Source: Gammaproteobacteria bacterium (GTDB taxonomy: Bacteria; Pseudomonadota; Gammaproteobacteria; Nitrosococcales; Methylophagaceae). From it: a stretch of 42,135 nt of DNA. The notes under the pieces are model-generated. The model made no database searches. It saw only the letters and a list, made by a program, of their open reading frames with translations, and was not told the DNA's origin. Below, piece after piece: positions 9,169 to 18,159 of the stretch. The stretch lies in the NCBI GenBank assembly GCA_002402245.1, contig NVVP01000003.1:1-42135 (forward strand). The letters are read 5' to 3'. Numbering within the stretch: position 1 is the first letter of the stretch; the number at the start of each line of letters is the position of its first letter. The translations under genes and the position numbers were made by a program.

Positions 9169-9536
9169 TTTGATTGTGTTCCTTCATCATGCTCAATACT
9201 GCTAGCCGTGTGGTTAGGGTCGATTTTATTAAGGAGTGTTTTTAACAGCCTGCCCAGAAAAGATAAGTTGTTTTTAAGCTCGTTTTTACCTAGCACACTC
9301 GAGGGCGTTTCATCGGGATAACCAAACAAAGCGTACTGCCTTGTTTTTAATAACACATCATTAAATAACTCAGCAGCAATCACATTAATGGCTTGATCAA
9401 TCGTAAGGGCTACATTAAAAAACCATGGTCGACAGTCTTGTTTAAACACCAGGCACTTAATTAAAAAGTAGCTTGTGGCGATAGGGGACAACAATAAAAG
9501 TAATAGCCCAGCAAGTAGCACTAAAAAAATAGTCAT
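9165..9536 (-). CDS. Lysis-cassette membrane protein (antiholin/LysA-like?); function unassigned
   Basis: 123 aa with an N-terminal TM (MTIFLVLLAGLLLLLLSPIA). Translationally coupled to both gpX and the holin. Confidence 0.4.
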   Translation of the reverse strand: MTIFLVLLAGLLLLLLSPIATSYFLIKCLVFKQDCRPWFFNVALTIDQAINVIAAELFNDVLLKTRQYALFGYPDETPSSVLGKNELKNNLSFLGRLLKTLLNKIDPNHTASSIEHDEGTQSK

Positions 9537-9739
9537 TCTTTACCCCATAGTTGGATTCGATTATTTACGCTAGATTCTTGTTCTGGCATGGTTACGATCG
9601 TGCCAGCAGGTAATTGCAAAGGCAGGCGCATTAAGTGTGGATTGGTTGCCACAACCTGCGGCAGGCGACGACTATTGCCATCTTGCTGCGTGACGACTTC
9701 ATCCAGCATCATTGTGCGTGATAGAGTTACCGTGCTCAT
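9533..9739 (-). CDS. Tail protein X (P2 gpX analogue)
   Basis: 68 aa, between L and the lysis genes as in P2. Confidence 0.75.
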   Translation of the reverse strand: MSTVTLSRTMMLDEVVTQQDGNSRRLPQVVATNPHLMRLPLQLPAGTIVTMPEQESSVNNRIQLWGKE

Positions 9740-10164
9740 AGCTCATGCACCTTAAACCGACTTGAATTACCTAAAATAGTGTTGATTGCCACGGTTGCAT
9801 TTCGGTAACAGTTGTCGACTCGTTCTGTCATTCGGTCAGCACGATCATGGCCTTTGTCTCGCGTATCGACATCACGATACATTTCTAATAAATGCGCCTT
9901 AGTGTTTTCATAAACGGCTTCAAAATATAAATGTTCAATATCATCACCTTCTTCAGGTGGCGTAGCTTCGTTTGTTTGGTAGGATCTTAATAGCTCATTT
10001 ACTTTTAAACGGGCACCTTTAAGTTGAAAAGCAATCACCGAGTCTTCAACTGTACCGTCATTACGTGTACTGGCTTTAAACTGGGCAATAGACAGCGCTG
10101 GCCAAAAGCCATTGTTTTCAACGCTGTCGTTTACTTCTTCAGGGCTGTTTATCAATTGACTCAT
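9736..10164 (-). CDS. Head completion/stabilisation protein (P2 gpL analogue)
   Basis: 142 aa, after the M analogue. Confidence 0.8.
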   Translation of the reverse strand: MSQLINSPEEVNDSVENNGFWPALSIAQFKASTRNDGTVEDSVIAFQLKGARLKVNELLRSYQTNEATPPEEGDDIEHLYFEAVYENTKAHLLEMYRDVDTRDKGHDRADRMTERVDNCYRNATVAINTILGNSSRFKVHEL

Positions 10165-10279
10165 GGCAGGCTCTTTAAATAAGGGCGAGCAATGACATGA
10201 TCAAAGTGAAGTAAATAATACTCACTTGTCAGCATGCCACCCTCGCGGCTGGGAAAAGGTTATCCGCCGAAGGTAGGCA

Positions 10280-11077
10280 TCACGCTTCGGCTTTTGTTTC
10301 AGGTTCTACTTCCGACTTAACTTTGCTGTCATCACCTTCAGTTTTTGTTTCGAGCTTAACGTCGTCGTCATCATTGTTAGCAGCTTGCTGTAGCGGCTCA
10401 ATGCGCTCAACTAATGCCTTCATTTTTTTCAGCAAACCATGCTTAGTAGATTTTATTTTTACCGCTTGTTGATAATGTTTAAGTGCAGTAGCAGGCTGTA
10501 AATTAGCATTTAAATCACCCATCATTACCTGTACGTTAAAGCCTAATTTATCGTGCATATCAACAGTCATACTGTCTGCTGCCACTTCGATTATTTTGCC
10601 AATCAAGGCTTCATCAGGTGAATCAGCCATCGGCTTAGCTATCTCAACAAGGCGAGTCAAAATAAAGATATCAACCTCACGCAGTTGCATCATAGGGGGC
10701 ATTTGCCAGCCCTGAGCGCGTGCAAATGAAGACAGTTTATGGCCGTCAGCCAATAAGCAAGCATCAAACGTCCACACCAACACCGTCATAAATTCATTAT
10801 CTTGTGGCAGTGTAGTGACTTTATCAATATCAGCAGCCATCACGCCATCAACATACGCCGATAATTCAGCAAGGTGTTCAGCTTTAAATTCTGCCTTAGC
10901 CTGTGTTGAACGAATCATTTTTAACTGCAAGCCAAGCTCGGTTATTTTTTTACGAGCCCGATCTTGCTCGGTCACATCACCGCGTAGTTCAGGTTGCTCA
11001 CCGGTTTGCACTTTATCGGCCGTTTCTAACTTCGCCATTTCAACTGCGCGGTGCCGTTTAAAAGGATTAATAGCCAT
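10280..11077 (-). CDS. Terminase small (endonuclease) subunit (P2 gpM analogue)
   Basis: 265 aa, directly downstream of the capsid gene, with an acidic C-terminal tail. Confidence 0.8.
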   Translation of the reverse strand: MAINPFKRHRAVEMAKLETADKVQTGEQPELRGDVTEQDRARKKITELGLQLKMIRSTQAKAEFKAEHLAELSAYVDGVMAADIDKVTTLPQDNEFMTVLVWTFDACLLADGHKLSSFARAQGWQMPPMMQLREVDIFILTRLVEIAKPMADSPDEALIGKIIEVAADSMTVDMHDKLGFNVQVMMGDLNANLQPATALKHYQQAVKIKSTKHGLLKKMKALVERIEPLQQAANNDDDDVKLETKTEGDDSKVKSEVEPETKAEA

Positions 11078-11087
11078 AAATCACTCC

Positions 11088-12143
11088 TTATTCTGTGGGT
11101 TCGTCAGAGTCGACAATGTTCTCGACTAAGGCTACGGCACCGAGGTTTTCAACCACATAATCCACATTGTGAGTAAACCAGCGGTTATACCCTCGAGAGG
11201 CATGATCTTCATCGAGTTTGGTACGTCGAGAACCTTCCTGCTCATAAACTGATAAGGAACCTTTCGGCATAATTAAAAAGGCATCCTCTGGAAAGTACGG
11301 AACGGTAATCGCTTCCATGCCGCCGATTCGTTTCTCACTCACCAAGGCATCACGATGTGTATGCTCACTAGGATCAATGTCTTCTTTATTCATTACTTTG
11401 AAATATTTATCATTGAGCAATGAAGAGCCCAGGATCACCACCAAATCAAGGCGCTCGCGATGCACTTCATCTAATAATGATTTTCTAGCACTAAATGCCA
11501 TGGCATCAATGTTTTTAAAGTAATCAGTCTCAGCTGAGCCGAAACTGTTATCAGTTGATTTCACATGGGCAGGTGCTTCAGCACGAATGGTTTGTAACCA
11601 GCCAATATTAACGTCTTGGCCCAATGGGTTAGCCGTTCGATTAGAATTAGCAGCGTAACTGGTGCCATTAAAGCCGATTTTAATGTGATCCAAAGCTTGA
11701 CGCTTACTTAAAAATTCAGTTAACCGCATCTGAAAATCAGGGAATTTAGCCCACTTATTCAGCTTGGACCATGGCAGTAAAGTATCAAAGTCATTGGTGC
11801 GACATTCGTAACCTTTATCTTTCAATGTGGAAGGATCAATGCCACTTCGCTTGCCGCTGCCTGATGTATCGGTATTGCTGGTGATAACCAGACCGTCATC
11901 ATCAATAAATATTTTTTGCCCTGAGATATCGTCGACTAATTCAAAATTAACATATTGAGTTAAAAAGGCAGATGAATGTTGAACCGTATCATGCAGTGTT
12001 TGTTGCACGGTGGGTTCAATCGCAAATGATTGACCGCCGGAGACTGTTTGGCTGTCAACGCCATTAAGCTCTCCTTGGCGGCTAAAATAGCCACGTAACG
12101 CTGATAACGCGGCAGGGCTCGGATTAGTTCGTGTGACTTGCAT
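11088..12143 (-). CDS. Major capsid protein (P2 gpN analogue)
   Basis: 351 aa, between the scaffold and M analogues. Confidence 0.9.
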   Translation of the reverse strand: MQVTRTNPSPAALSALRGYFSRQGELNGVDSQTVSGGQSFAIEPTVQQTLHDTVQHSSAFLTQYVNFELVDDISGQKIFIDDDGLVITSNTDTSGSGKRSGIDPSTLKDKGYECRTNDFDTLLPWSKLNKWAKFPDFQMRLTEFLSKRQALDHIKIGFNGTSYAANSNRTANPLGQDVNIGWLQTIRAEAPAHVKSTDNSFGSAETDYFKNIDAMAFSARKSLLDEVHRERLDLVVILGSSLLNDKYFKVMNKEDIDPSEHTHRDALVSEKRIGGMEAITVPYFPEDAFLIMPKGSLSVYEQEGSRRTKLDEDHASRGYNRWFTHNVDYVVENLGAVALVENIVDSDEPTE

Positions 12144-12178
12144 TATTTATTCCTTATTATCTGGAAGGTGAGCAGTGG

Positions 12179-13081
12179 TTAACAGGTGGCTAAATGGCTA
12201 TCTTGATCGCCACCATTATGAGGTGTGCGTTTAAACTGAGGCTGCTTTTCAATATCAGCTTTTAAGCCATCAAACTCAGCTTTAAAGTCTTTAACGGTGA
12301 CGCTTAAGCCATCTAATTTATCTTGCGAGGCAAAGTCCGTATTACCTTCTGTTAAGGCTTTAACATTAGCTTCAAGCGCATCAATTTTGTTATTAAAGTC
12401 AGTAGCATCAGTGCTAGAAATTTCAGCTGCGGGGTGTTCTTTTTTGTAGGCATCCACTGCCTGAGCCACTTGGTTTTCAATGGTTTCATCCATCTTTTCA
12501 GCCATTTGACTAAACGCTGCTTTTACATCGTTAACATCTAAACTGGTTTTTTTAGAAAATAAACCGCTTACAAACTCACTTACTTTTCCTTTCATGTCGG
12601 TGTCCTCTTCAAAGTTAAATTCGGTGTGAATATATTCACTGATATAAGTATGTTCACTTGCTTGCTTGCCCGTGCTAAATGCCAGCCGTGTCGTGCCAAC
12701 ACTGGCCGGGCTATCGGTTACCGCAAGACCTGTTAAATAGGCTTCATTGGTATCAGCAAAGCTGTCGTCTATTTCCATTGAGGTATAGACTTTTTGGCTT
12801 TGCTGATTCATTAGGACCAATTCAGGCGTGGGCGTTAATGCCGCTAATAATGCAGTTTTGCCTTTTAATAGGCCTTTTTCGATTGGCGCGGTGATTAATG
12901 ACACCACATCGCCGACCGCTTTAAAGTCACCGGTCGGCCGGTATGAACGAAGATGCTCAATCCAAATTCGAGCGCCATATACATCCGGGCTGTAATTTTT
13001 AGCCGCCTGCTCAAGCCAGCTACGTTTAATCGTGCGACCGTCAACGGTGGCACCTTCAACCCCAATAATAAAATATTGCAT
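12179..13081 (-). CDS. Capsid scaffolding protein (P2 gpO analogue)
   Basis: 300 aa. The N-terminus MQYFIIGVEGATVDGRTIKRSWLEQAAKNYSPDVYGARIWIEH is typical of the GPO family. Divergent from the terminase gene. Confidence 0.85.
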   Translation of the reverse strand: MQYFIIGVEGATVDGRTIKRSWLEQAAKNYSPDVYGARIWIEHLRSYRPTGDFKAVGDVVSLITAPIEKGLLKGKTALLAALTPTPELVLMNQQSQKVYTSMEIDDSFADTNEAYLTGLAVTDSPASVGTTRLAFSTGKQASEHTYISEYIHTEFNFEEDTDMKGKVSEFVSGLFSKKTSLDVNDVKAAFSQMAEKMDETIENQVAQAVDAYKKEHPAAEISSTDATDFNNKIDALEANVKALTEGNTDFASQDKLDGLSVTVKDFKAEFDGLKADIEKQPQFKRTPHNGGDQDSHLATC

Positions 13082-13162
13082 AATTAATCACGCCAAATAA
13101 GATGGTTTAAATTCAAATAATGGGTGAATTAAGCGCCGCTTATTATTATTTTTCCAGCGTTG

Positions 13163-13192
13163 AAACCGCGCGTGGTCTGCCTTGCGCGGTTT
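13163..13192. promoter_or_regulatory. Dyad AAACCGCGC-N12-GCGCGGTTT in the divergent O/P promoter region; candidate late-activator site
   Basis: Perfect 9-bp arms and a 12-nt spacer. No upstream gene on either strand could use it as a terminator. Same core and same 43-nt distance to the ATG (gpP at 13234) as the dyad upstream of gpV. Confidence 0.5.
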
Positions 13193-13233
13193 TGCCTGTG
13201 TTACAAACTAGGTCGTGCTAGCAGAATAGCGGC

Positions 13234-14991
13234 ATGATTAAAGACACTGATGGCCTTGCCCCCAAACTGTACGCTCAAATGCTGTTCTTTCAGGGTTACT
13301 ACCCCAAAGAAATTGCAGACATTACCGGCACGCCATTAAACACAGTAAATAGCTGGACTCGACGCGGAAAATGGAAAGATGCTGGCATCATTAAACGAGC
13401 AGCGTTGATGACCGAGGTGCGTTATTGCCAAATGCTGTTTAAACAACATAAAACCGATGGTGATTTAGCTGAGATTGAGCAGTTATATAAAACCATTGAA
13501 AAAGCAGACAGGCGTTTATATAGCAATACCGCCCCTAAATCAGGCCAGCGAAAACGCAATAATAAAAAGAATTATTTTTCACCTAAAGAAATCGAGGTAT
13601 TAAAATCAGCCTTTTTTGAACGATTGTTTACTCACCAAGAAACATGGTGGGATGCCCGGCATAACAAGGTAAGACAAACCCTTAAATCCCGCCAAATTGG
13701 TGCCACCGATTATTTTGGTATTGAAGCCTTTATGAAAGGCTTACTTAAAACAGAAATGGATGAACGTGGCAGCGCCTTTATTTCGGCCAGCAAGGCTCAA
13801 GCATTCCAGTTTAAAGAATATATTGTCGGCTTTGTTCAACAAGTATTGGACCGGGAAATAAAAGGTGATCCACTTATTTACACGACCGATGTGGGCCGTA
13901 ATAAATTAGACTTTTTAGGCACCAATGCTCGCACGGCACAAGGGAGGCCCGCCCATACCTATATTGACGAGTATTTTTGGATCCAGCGCTTTAGATCGTT
14001 ACGTGAAGTATCTATCGCCATGGCGACTCAAAAGTTTTACCAGGCTACTTTCTTTTCAACTACCTCAACATTAACGCATGAGGCTTATGAATGGTGGTCG
14101 GGCGAATGGTACAACCAAGGCCGTAATATTAATGATCATATTTCAATTGATATATCACACGAAATTTTAAAGACGGGCAAAGTGTGTGAAGACGGCCATT
14201 GGCGACAAATAGTCACCTTTGATGACGCCGTTGAAAGTGGATTTAATTTATTTGATCCCGACCATATCAAACTAATGAATAGCCCCGATATTATTGAGCA
14301 GCTTTATAACTGTAAGTTTATTGATGATATCAACTCGCCTTTCCCCTTAACGCAAACCACGGCCTGCGGGGTGGATTGCTGGATCGAGTGGGATGACTTT
14401 TTCGAACCTTTTGCCGTAAAACCCGTAGCCAATCTACCTGTTTGGGTGGGTTACGATCCTTCATTAGTCGGTGATTTTGGCAAGGTCGTGGTTATTTTAT
14501 TGCCGCTTAAACACGGTGATAAATACCGTTTAATTGAAAAGCTACATTTTGATGGCGCTGATTTTACCGAGCAAGCTGCAGCCATTAAAGCACTCACCCA
14601 AAAATACAATGTGCAACGCATATCTGTTGATCGCAATGGCTTGGGCGAGGGTGTATTTGGTGAGATTAAAAAATTCTTTCGGCGTGTAGAAGCAGTTGAT
14701 TATTCCCCAGACAATAAAGCGGTCATGGTTACTAAGCTTCAATATTTACTAGGTCGCAACCTATTTGAATACGATGCAGGCGATATCGAAACCCCACAAT
14801 CATTAGCCGCAATAGAGCGGTCTTTAACCGATGCGGGCAGAAAAATAACCTATAAAGCAGGCAGAAATAAAGACATAGGTCACGCCGATACAGCGTGGGC
14901 ATTATTAAATGCATTCAACCCTTTACAGCTAGATCAGTTGAATGTTTCAAACGATGAGCAGTCACGCAGTGGCGGCACTCGAATCTATTAG
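13234..14991 (+). CDS. Terminase large (ATPase) subunit (P2 gpP analogue)
   Basis: 585 aa, divergent from O and followed by the portal gene. Confidence 0.9.
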   Translation: MIKDTDGLAPKLYAQMLFFQGYYPKEIADITGTPLNTVNSWTRRGKWKDAGIIKRAALMTEVRYCQMLFKQHKTDGDLAEIEQLYKTIEKADRRLYSNTAPKSGQRKRNNKKNYFSPKEIEVLKSAFFERLFTHQETWWDARHNKVRQTLKSRQIGATDYFGIEAFMKGLLKTEMDERGSAFISASKAQAFQFKEYIVGFVQQVLDREIKGDPLIYTTDVGRNKLDFLGTNARTAQGRPAHTYIDEYFWIQRFRSLREVSIAMATQKFYQATFFSTTSTLTHEAYEWWSGEWYNQGRNINDHISIDISHEILKTGKVCEDGHWRQIVTFDDAVESGFNLFDPDHIKLMNSPDIIEQLYNCKFIDDINSPFPLTQTTACGVDCWIEWDDFFEPFAVKPVANLPVWVGYDPSLVGDFGKVVVILLPLKHGDKYRLIEKLHFDGADFTEQAAAIKALTQKYNVQRISVDRNGLGEGVFGEIKKFFRRVEAVDYSPDNKAVMVTKLQYLLGRNLFEYDAGDIETPQSLAAIERSLTDAGRKITYKAGRNKDIGHADTAWALLNAFNPLQLDQLNVSNDEQSRSGGTRIY

Positions 14992-15000
14992 AGGTCAGTT

Positions 15001-15993
15001 ATGAGTATTGAAATTGGACAACGTGTCAGCGTAATGGATATAAGCGAAGTAATTAATATGCTTGATTCATGTTATCAATTTGATGGGATCTATCATCCAC
15101 CTGTTAGTTTTCAAGGCTTAGCTAAAACGCTTAACTTGCCGTTTCATGGTTCTTGTATTCATTTAAAGAAAAACATATTAAGTGAATGCTTTAACCCGCA
15201 TACACTTTTATCACGCCAAGATTTTACAGGGTTAGCACTGGATTTTTTATTATTCGGTAACGCCACCTTGCTTGATAATAAAAATATGCGTGGTGCCACG
15301 CTAAATTATCAACGTAAATTAATGAAATACATGCGTAGAAAAGTGGAAAACCCTGATCAATGGGTTGAAATGTCATCAGGTGGGTATTTTGGAACGTCAT
15401 TTAAAACCGAGTTCAATCAAGGCGATATCGGTCATGTATTTTCACCCGATGTAAACCAAGAATTATATGGTATGCCTGAATGGTTATCAGGTTTAAATGG
15501 TGCTTTGCTTAATGAAAAAGCCCAGCTATTTCGCCGTGCTTATTATGAAAATGGTAATCATGCTGGCTTCATTTTATATCTACGAGATCCTGATATATCA
15601 GATGATGAAGCGGGCGCTTTAGCCGATAAAATTAAAAATATTAAAGGTGAGAATGCATTTAAAAATATATTAGTTCACTCAGCCGGTGGCGAAAAAGGCG
15701 GCATTGAATTAGTGCCAATGGGCGAAGTGACAGCTAAGGATGAATTTTTTAATGTTAATCGTGTCAGCCGTGACAATACCATTGCATCCCACCGTATGAT
15801 CCCCCAATTTTTAGGCGTGCAAGCTGAAAGTAATGGCGGTTATGGCGATATTGAAAAAGCAGCCATGGTCATTGCTAAAAATGAAATTTATCCCATTTTT
15901 CGCCAACTAGAACTACTTAATGATTGGTCAGGTGAACAACTGATCACGTTTGATAAATACAAACTAGAAGAATTAGATGAAATAACACAATAA
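15001..15993 (+). CDS. Portal protein (P2 gpQ analogue)
   Basis: 330 aa, immediately after the terminase gene. Confidence 0.9.
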   Translation: MSIEIGQRVSVMDISEVINMLDSCYQFDGIYHPPVSFQGLAKTLNLPFHGSCIHLKKNILSECFNPHTLLSRQDFTGLALDFLLFGNATLLDNKNMRGATLNYQRKLMKYMRRKVENPDQWVEMSSGGYFGTSFKTEFNQGDIGHVFSPDVNQELYGMPEWLSGLNGALLNEKAQLFRRAYYENGNHAGFILYLRDPDISDDEAGALADKIKNIKGENAFKNILVHSAGGEKGGIELVPMGEVTAKDEFFNVNRVSRDNTIASHRMIPQFLGVQAESNGGYGDIEKAAMVIAKNEIYPIFRQLELLNDWSGEQLITFDKYKLEELDEITQ

Positions 15994-16026
15994 GACGAGG
16001 CGATGAGTTAGTGCTGTAACACTAAC
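15994..16026. other. cos-like site (candidate cohesive end region)
   Basis: GACGAGGCGATGAGTTAGTGC starts right after the portal stop. 11 of its first 13 bases match the P2 cohesive end GGCGAGGCGGGGAAAGCAC as I recall it. A 7-bp inverted repeat GTTAGTG-N6-CACTAAC lies at 16007-16026. In P2, cos lies next to Q. Confidence 0.35.
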
Positions 16027-16104
16027 CCAACCCGAAGACCTTAAAACAAGCTTAAGGCATCAGCAAATGACCCCGCCGCCGCTCGAGCAGCGAGGGAATA
16101 TTAC

Positions 16105-16314
16105 ATGATGGAATTGATGATGCCAAAACAAAAACGCCAAGATATTCGCTGTGGACACTGTGATCGTAAATTAGCTGAAGGAAGTTATTACTCTTTATCG
16201 ATCAAATGTCCACGCTGTAAAACACTAAATTTGCTGACGGTCACTAGAACCGCTAAACCAGCACTCCTTGAGAGTCTTGATCAAAGGATCTCTCATGGAA
16301 ACAATACAACTTAA
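16105..16314 (+). CDS. com: Com-like zinc-finger protein (Mu Com family translational activator)
   Basis: IRCGHCDRKLAEGSYYSLSIKCPRCKTLNLL parallels Mu Com IRCKNCNKLL...IEIRCPRCKRHII (CxxC...CxxC). GAGGG Shine-Dalgarno 8 nt upstream. The 3' end overlaps the methyltransferase start. Confidence 0.7.
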   Translation: MMELMMPKQKRQDIRCGHCDRKLAEGSYYSLSIKCPRCKTLNLLTVTRTAKPALLESLDQRISHGNNTT

Positions 16315-17233
16315 TAATGTATTACTGCACAAAACTGACTGCTTTACCTTCTTAAAATCATTAGCCGATAACAGTGTTGATCTTATTGCCACCGATCCCC
16401 CTTATTTTAAGGTGGTCGCGCAAGGCTGGGATAAACAATGGCAAACCAAAGCTGATTTTTTGACGTGGCTAGATAAAGTGCTTATTGAATTAGCGCGAGT
16501 ATTAAAACCAAATGGTTCAATGTATTTATTTGCCGGGCCACATTCAGCAACGCAAGTAGAAAACCTAATAGCCAAACACTTTAATATGCTCAATCACATT
16601 GTGTGGCGTAAACAATCAGGTCGCCACCTTGGCTGTTGCAAAGAAGAATTACGCCGATTCTTCCCTCAAACTGAACACATTCTATTTGCGACAAGTAAAA
16701 AGCCGGTACCGTTTTCATTTGAACCCATCAGACGATATCTATTGAATGCCATAAAAAAGGCAGGTATTACACAAAAGCAAGTAGATAAAGCATGTGGTTG
16801 CCAAATGTCGGGTCATTGGTTTGGTAAAAGCCAATGGTCATTACCCAGTGAGAAACATTACAACACCATCAATAAACTGGTAAACAATCGATTAAAACCT
16901 TACCAGCAAATTTATCAGAGTTACCACGATATCCTCAAACTATCCAACTCTGCAAGACGAACCTTTAACGTAACCAAACAGGTACCGTTCACTGATGTAT
17001 GGGATTTTAAAACCGTTAATTACTACCAAGGCAAACACCCTTGTGAAAAACCAATTGAATTAATGAATCACATTATCTCGACCAGCTCACTACCTGATGA
17101 TGTCGTATTAGATTGTTTCACCGGCAGCGGTTCAACCGCCATAGCCTGCATCAATACTAATCGACAGTTTATCGGCTGCGAACTAGGCGACGATGAATTC
17201 ACCATGGCAAGCAACCGTCTCAATCCAACATAA
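16295..17233 (+). CDS. Beta-class N6-adenine/N4-cytosine DNA methyltransferase (orphan)
   Basis: Motif IV DPPY (LIATDPPYF) is N-terminal and the AdoMet motif FTGSGST is C-terminal, giving the circular order IV...I. I prefer the ATG at 16295 with AAGGA 6 nt upstream over the track TTG at 16268. Confidence 0.85.
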   Translation: METIQLNNVLLHKTDCFTFLKSLADNSVDLIATDPPYFKVVAQGWDKQWQTKADFLTWLDKVLIELARVLKPNGSMYLFAGPHSATQVENLIAKHFNMLNHIVWRKQSGRHLGCCKEELRRFFPQTEHILFATSKKPVPFSFEPIRRYLLNAIKKAGITQKQVDKACGCQMSGHWFGKSQWSLPSEKHYNTINKLVNNRLKPYQQIYQSYHDILKLSNSARRTFNVTKQVPFTDVWDFKTVNYYQGKHPCEKPIELMNHIISTSSLPDDVVLDCFTGSGSTAIACINTNRQFIGCELGDDEFTMASNRLNPT

Positions 17234-17250
17234 GCAGTACTTATATCCAT

Positions 17251-17282
17251 AGCTGGTCAGCCTAAAGTTAGGTTGACCAGCT
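17251..17282. terminator. Hairpin between the convergent methyltransferase and DUF2971-like genes (bidirectional terminator candidate)
   Basis: AGCTGGTCA...TGACCAGCT forms a 9-bp perfect stem that can extend inward through GCCTAA/TTAGGT. No strong T-run follows. Confidence 0.45.
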
Positions 17283-17286
17283 AACC

Positions 17287-18159
17287 CTACCTATAAGAAG
17301 CCTTAGACGGCTTCACCTCAACATTGTCATAACCAGCCTGCTTAAGCAAGCTCTCAACAACATGGATAGGCGTTACGTTTTTAGGCCCCAATATAACCTC
17401 GGTAATAAGACTCCTATCTTCCTTGTCAAAATGAAATTCTCTAAAGGGGGTAATACAATCATCCTTCGAACGAAAATTACATAAAGCATTATTGTCTTTT
17501 GGATCAAGATGTATATCCATCAGATAGCTCACTAACCGCCATTCCTGCTCTTCGATAAATGCTTTCGATTTAAAAGAAAAAGATATTTTTGGCAGATCCG
17601 TTAGTAGGGAAGAGAGTAAACTAACACACTGCGATCTCTGTTTCTTATGGGCGGCTGTAGGATTACGGTGTTTCTGTAGCTGTTCTAGAGTATCAAGCTC
17701 TGCCTTTAAAGGAATGTAAAGCTCCTTCACAATTTCTTTTTGCTTGGCTTCATCGTACTCAATTGGTTGCAATGTAGTTAACGGGTTTTTCAGTTTATTA
17801 TTCTTTGAGCTTTGATTGCACGCTAACTTTAAAGCATCTAAAGAAAAGCCTATAGAAAAACCTTTTGCATCATTTGCATAACCTCGCCACTGACTAAGTA
17901 AATCATCCTCCGCTGATAAGCAGAATCCCAGCCCCTCGAACATAGGCGAAAATGCTTTTAACTGCGCTTTTAAGAGTCCTGCCTTCCATTCACCGAAGCC
18001 GTCTTCATTTGCTACTTTTAATAGTAAGTCGGAAACCAACTTACCTTCCATTGAATCATTCGATAGCGATAACGAGTTTAAAAAAACGGATCGGTTTTTA
18101 ATGATCGAAAGAAAGGCACCGTTCGAGCAGTAATGGTAAAGAGTGTCAGTATTATTCAT
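17287..18159 (-). CDS. DUF2971-like protein, function unknown (prophage cargo)
   Basis: LYHYCSNGAFLSIIKNRSVFLNSLSLSNDSMEG, then SQWRGYANDAKGFSIGF, then EEQEWRLV. This fits my recollection of the DUF2971 (PF11185) signature. No virion or lysis role is suggested by its position. Confidence 0.6.
   Translation of the reverse strand: MNNTDTLYHYCSNGAFLSIIKNRSVFLNSLSLSNDSMEGKLVSDLLLKVANEDGFGEWKAGLLKAQLKAFSPMFEGLGFCLSAEDDLLSQWRGYANDAKGFSIGFSLDALKLACNQSSKNNKLKNPLTTLQPIEYDEAKQKEIVKELYIPLKAELDTLEQLQKHRNPTAAHKKQRSQCVSLLSSLLTDLPKISFSFKSKAFIEEQEWRLVSYLMDIHLDPKDNNALCNFRSKDDCITPFREFHFDKEDRSLITEVILGPKNVTPIHVVESLLKQAGYDNVEVKPSKASYR

Noticed and set aside
10161-10235. 24-codon minus-strand ORF (MLTSEYYLLHFDHVIARPYLKSLP) in the M-L gap, with its stop overlapping the gpL ATG
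   Set aside because: It is too short, has no recognisable similarity, and its GAGGG is poorly spaced. The ATGA overlap is suggestive, but I cannot support it as a gene from sequence alone.
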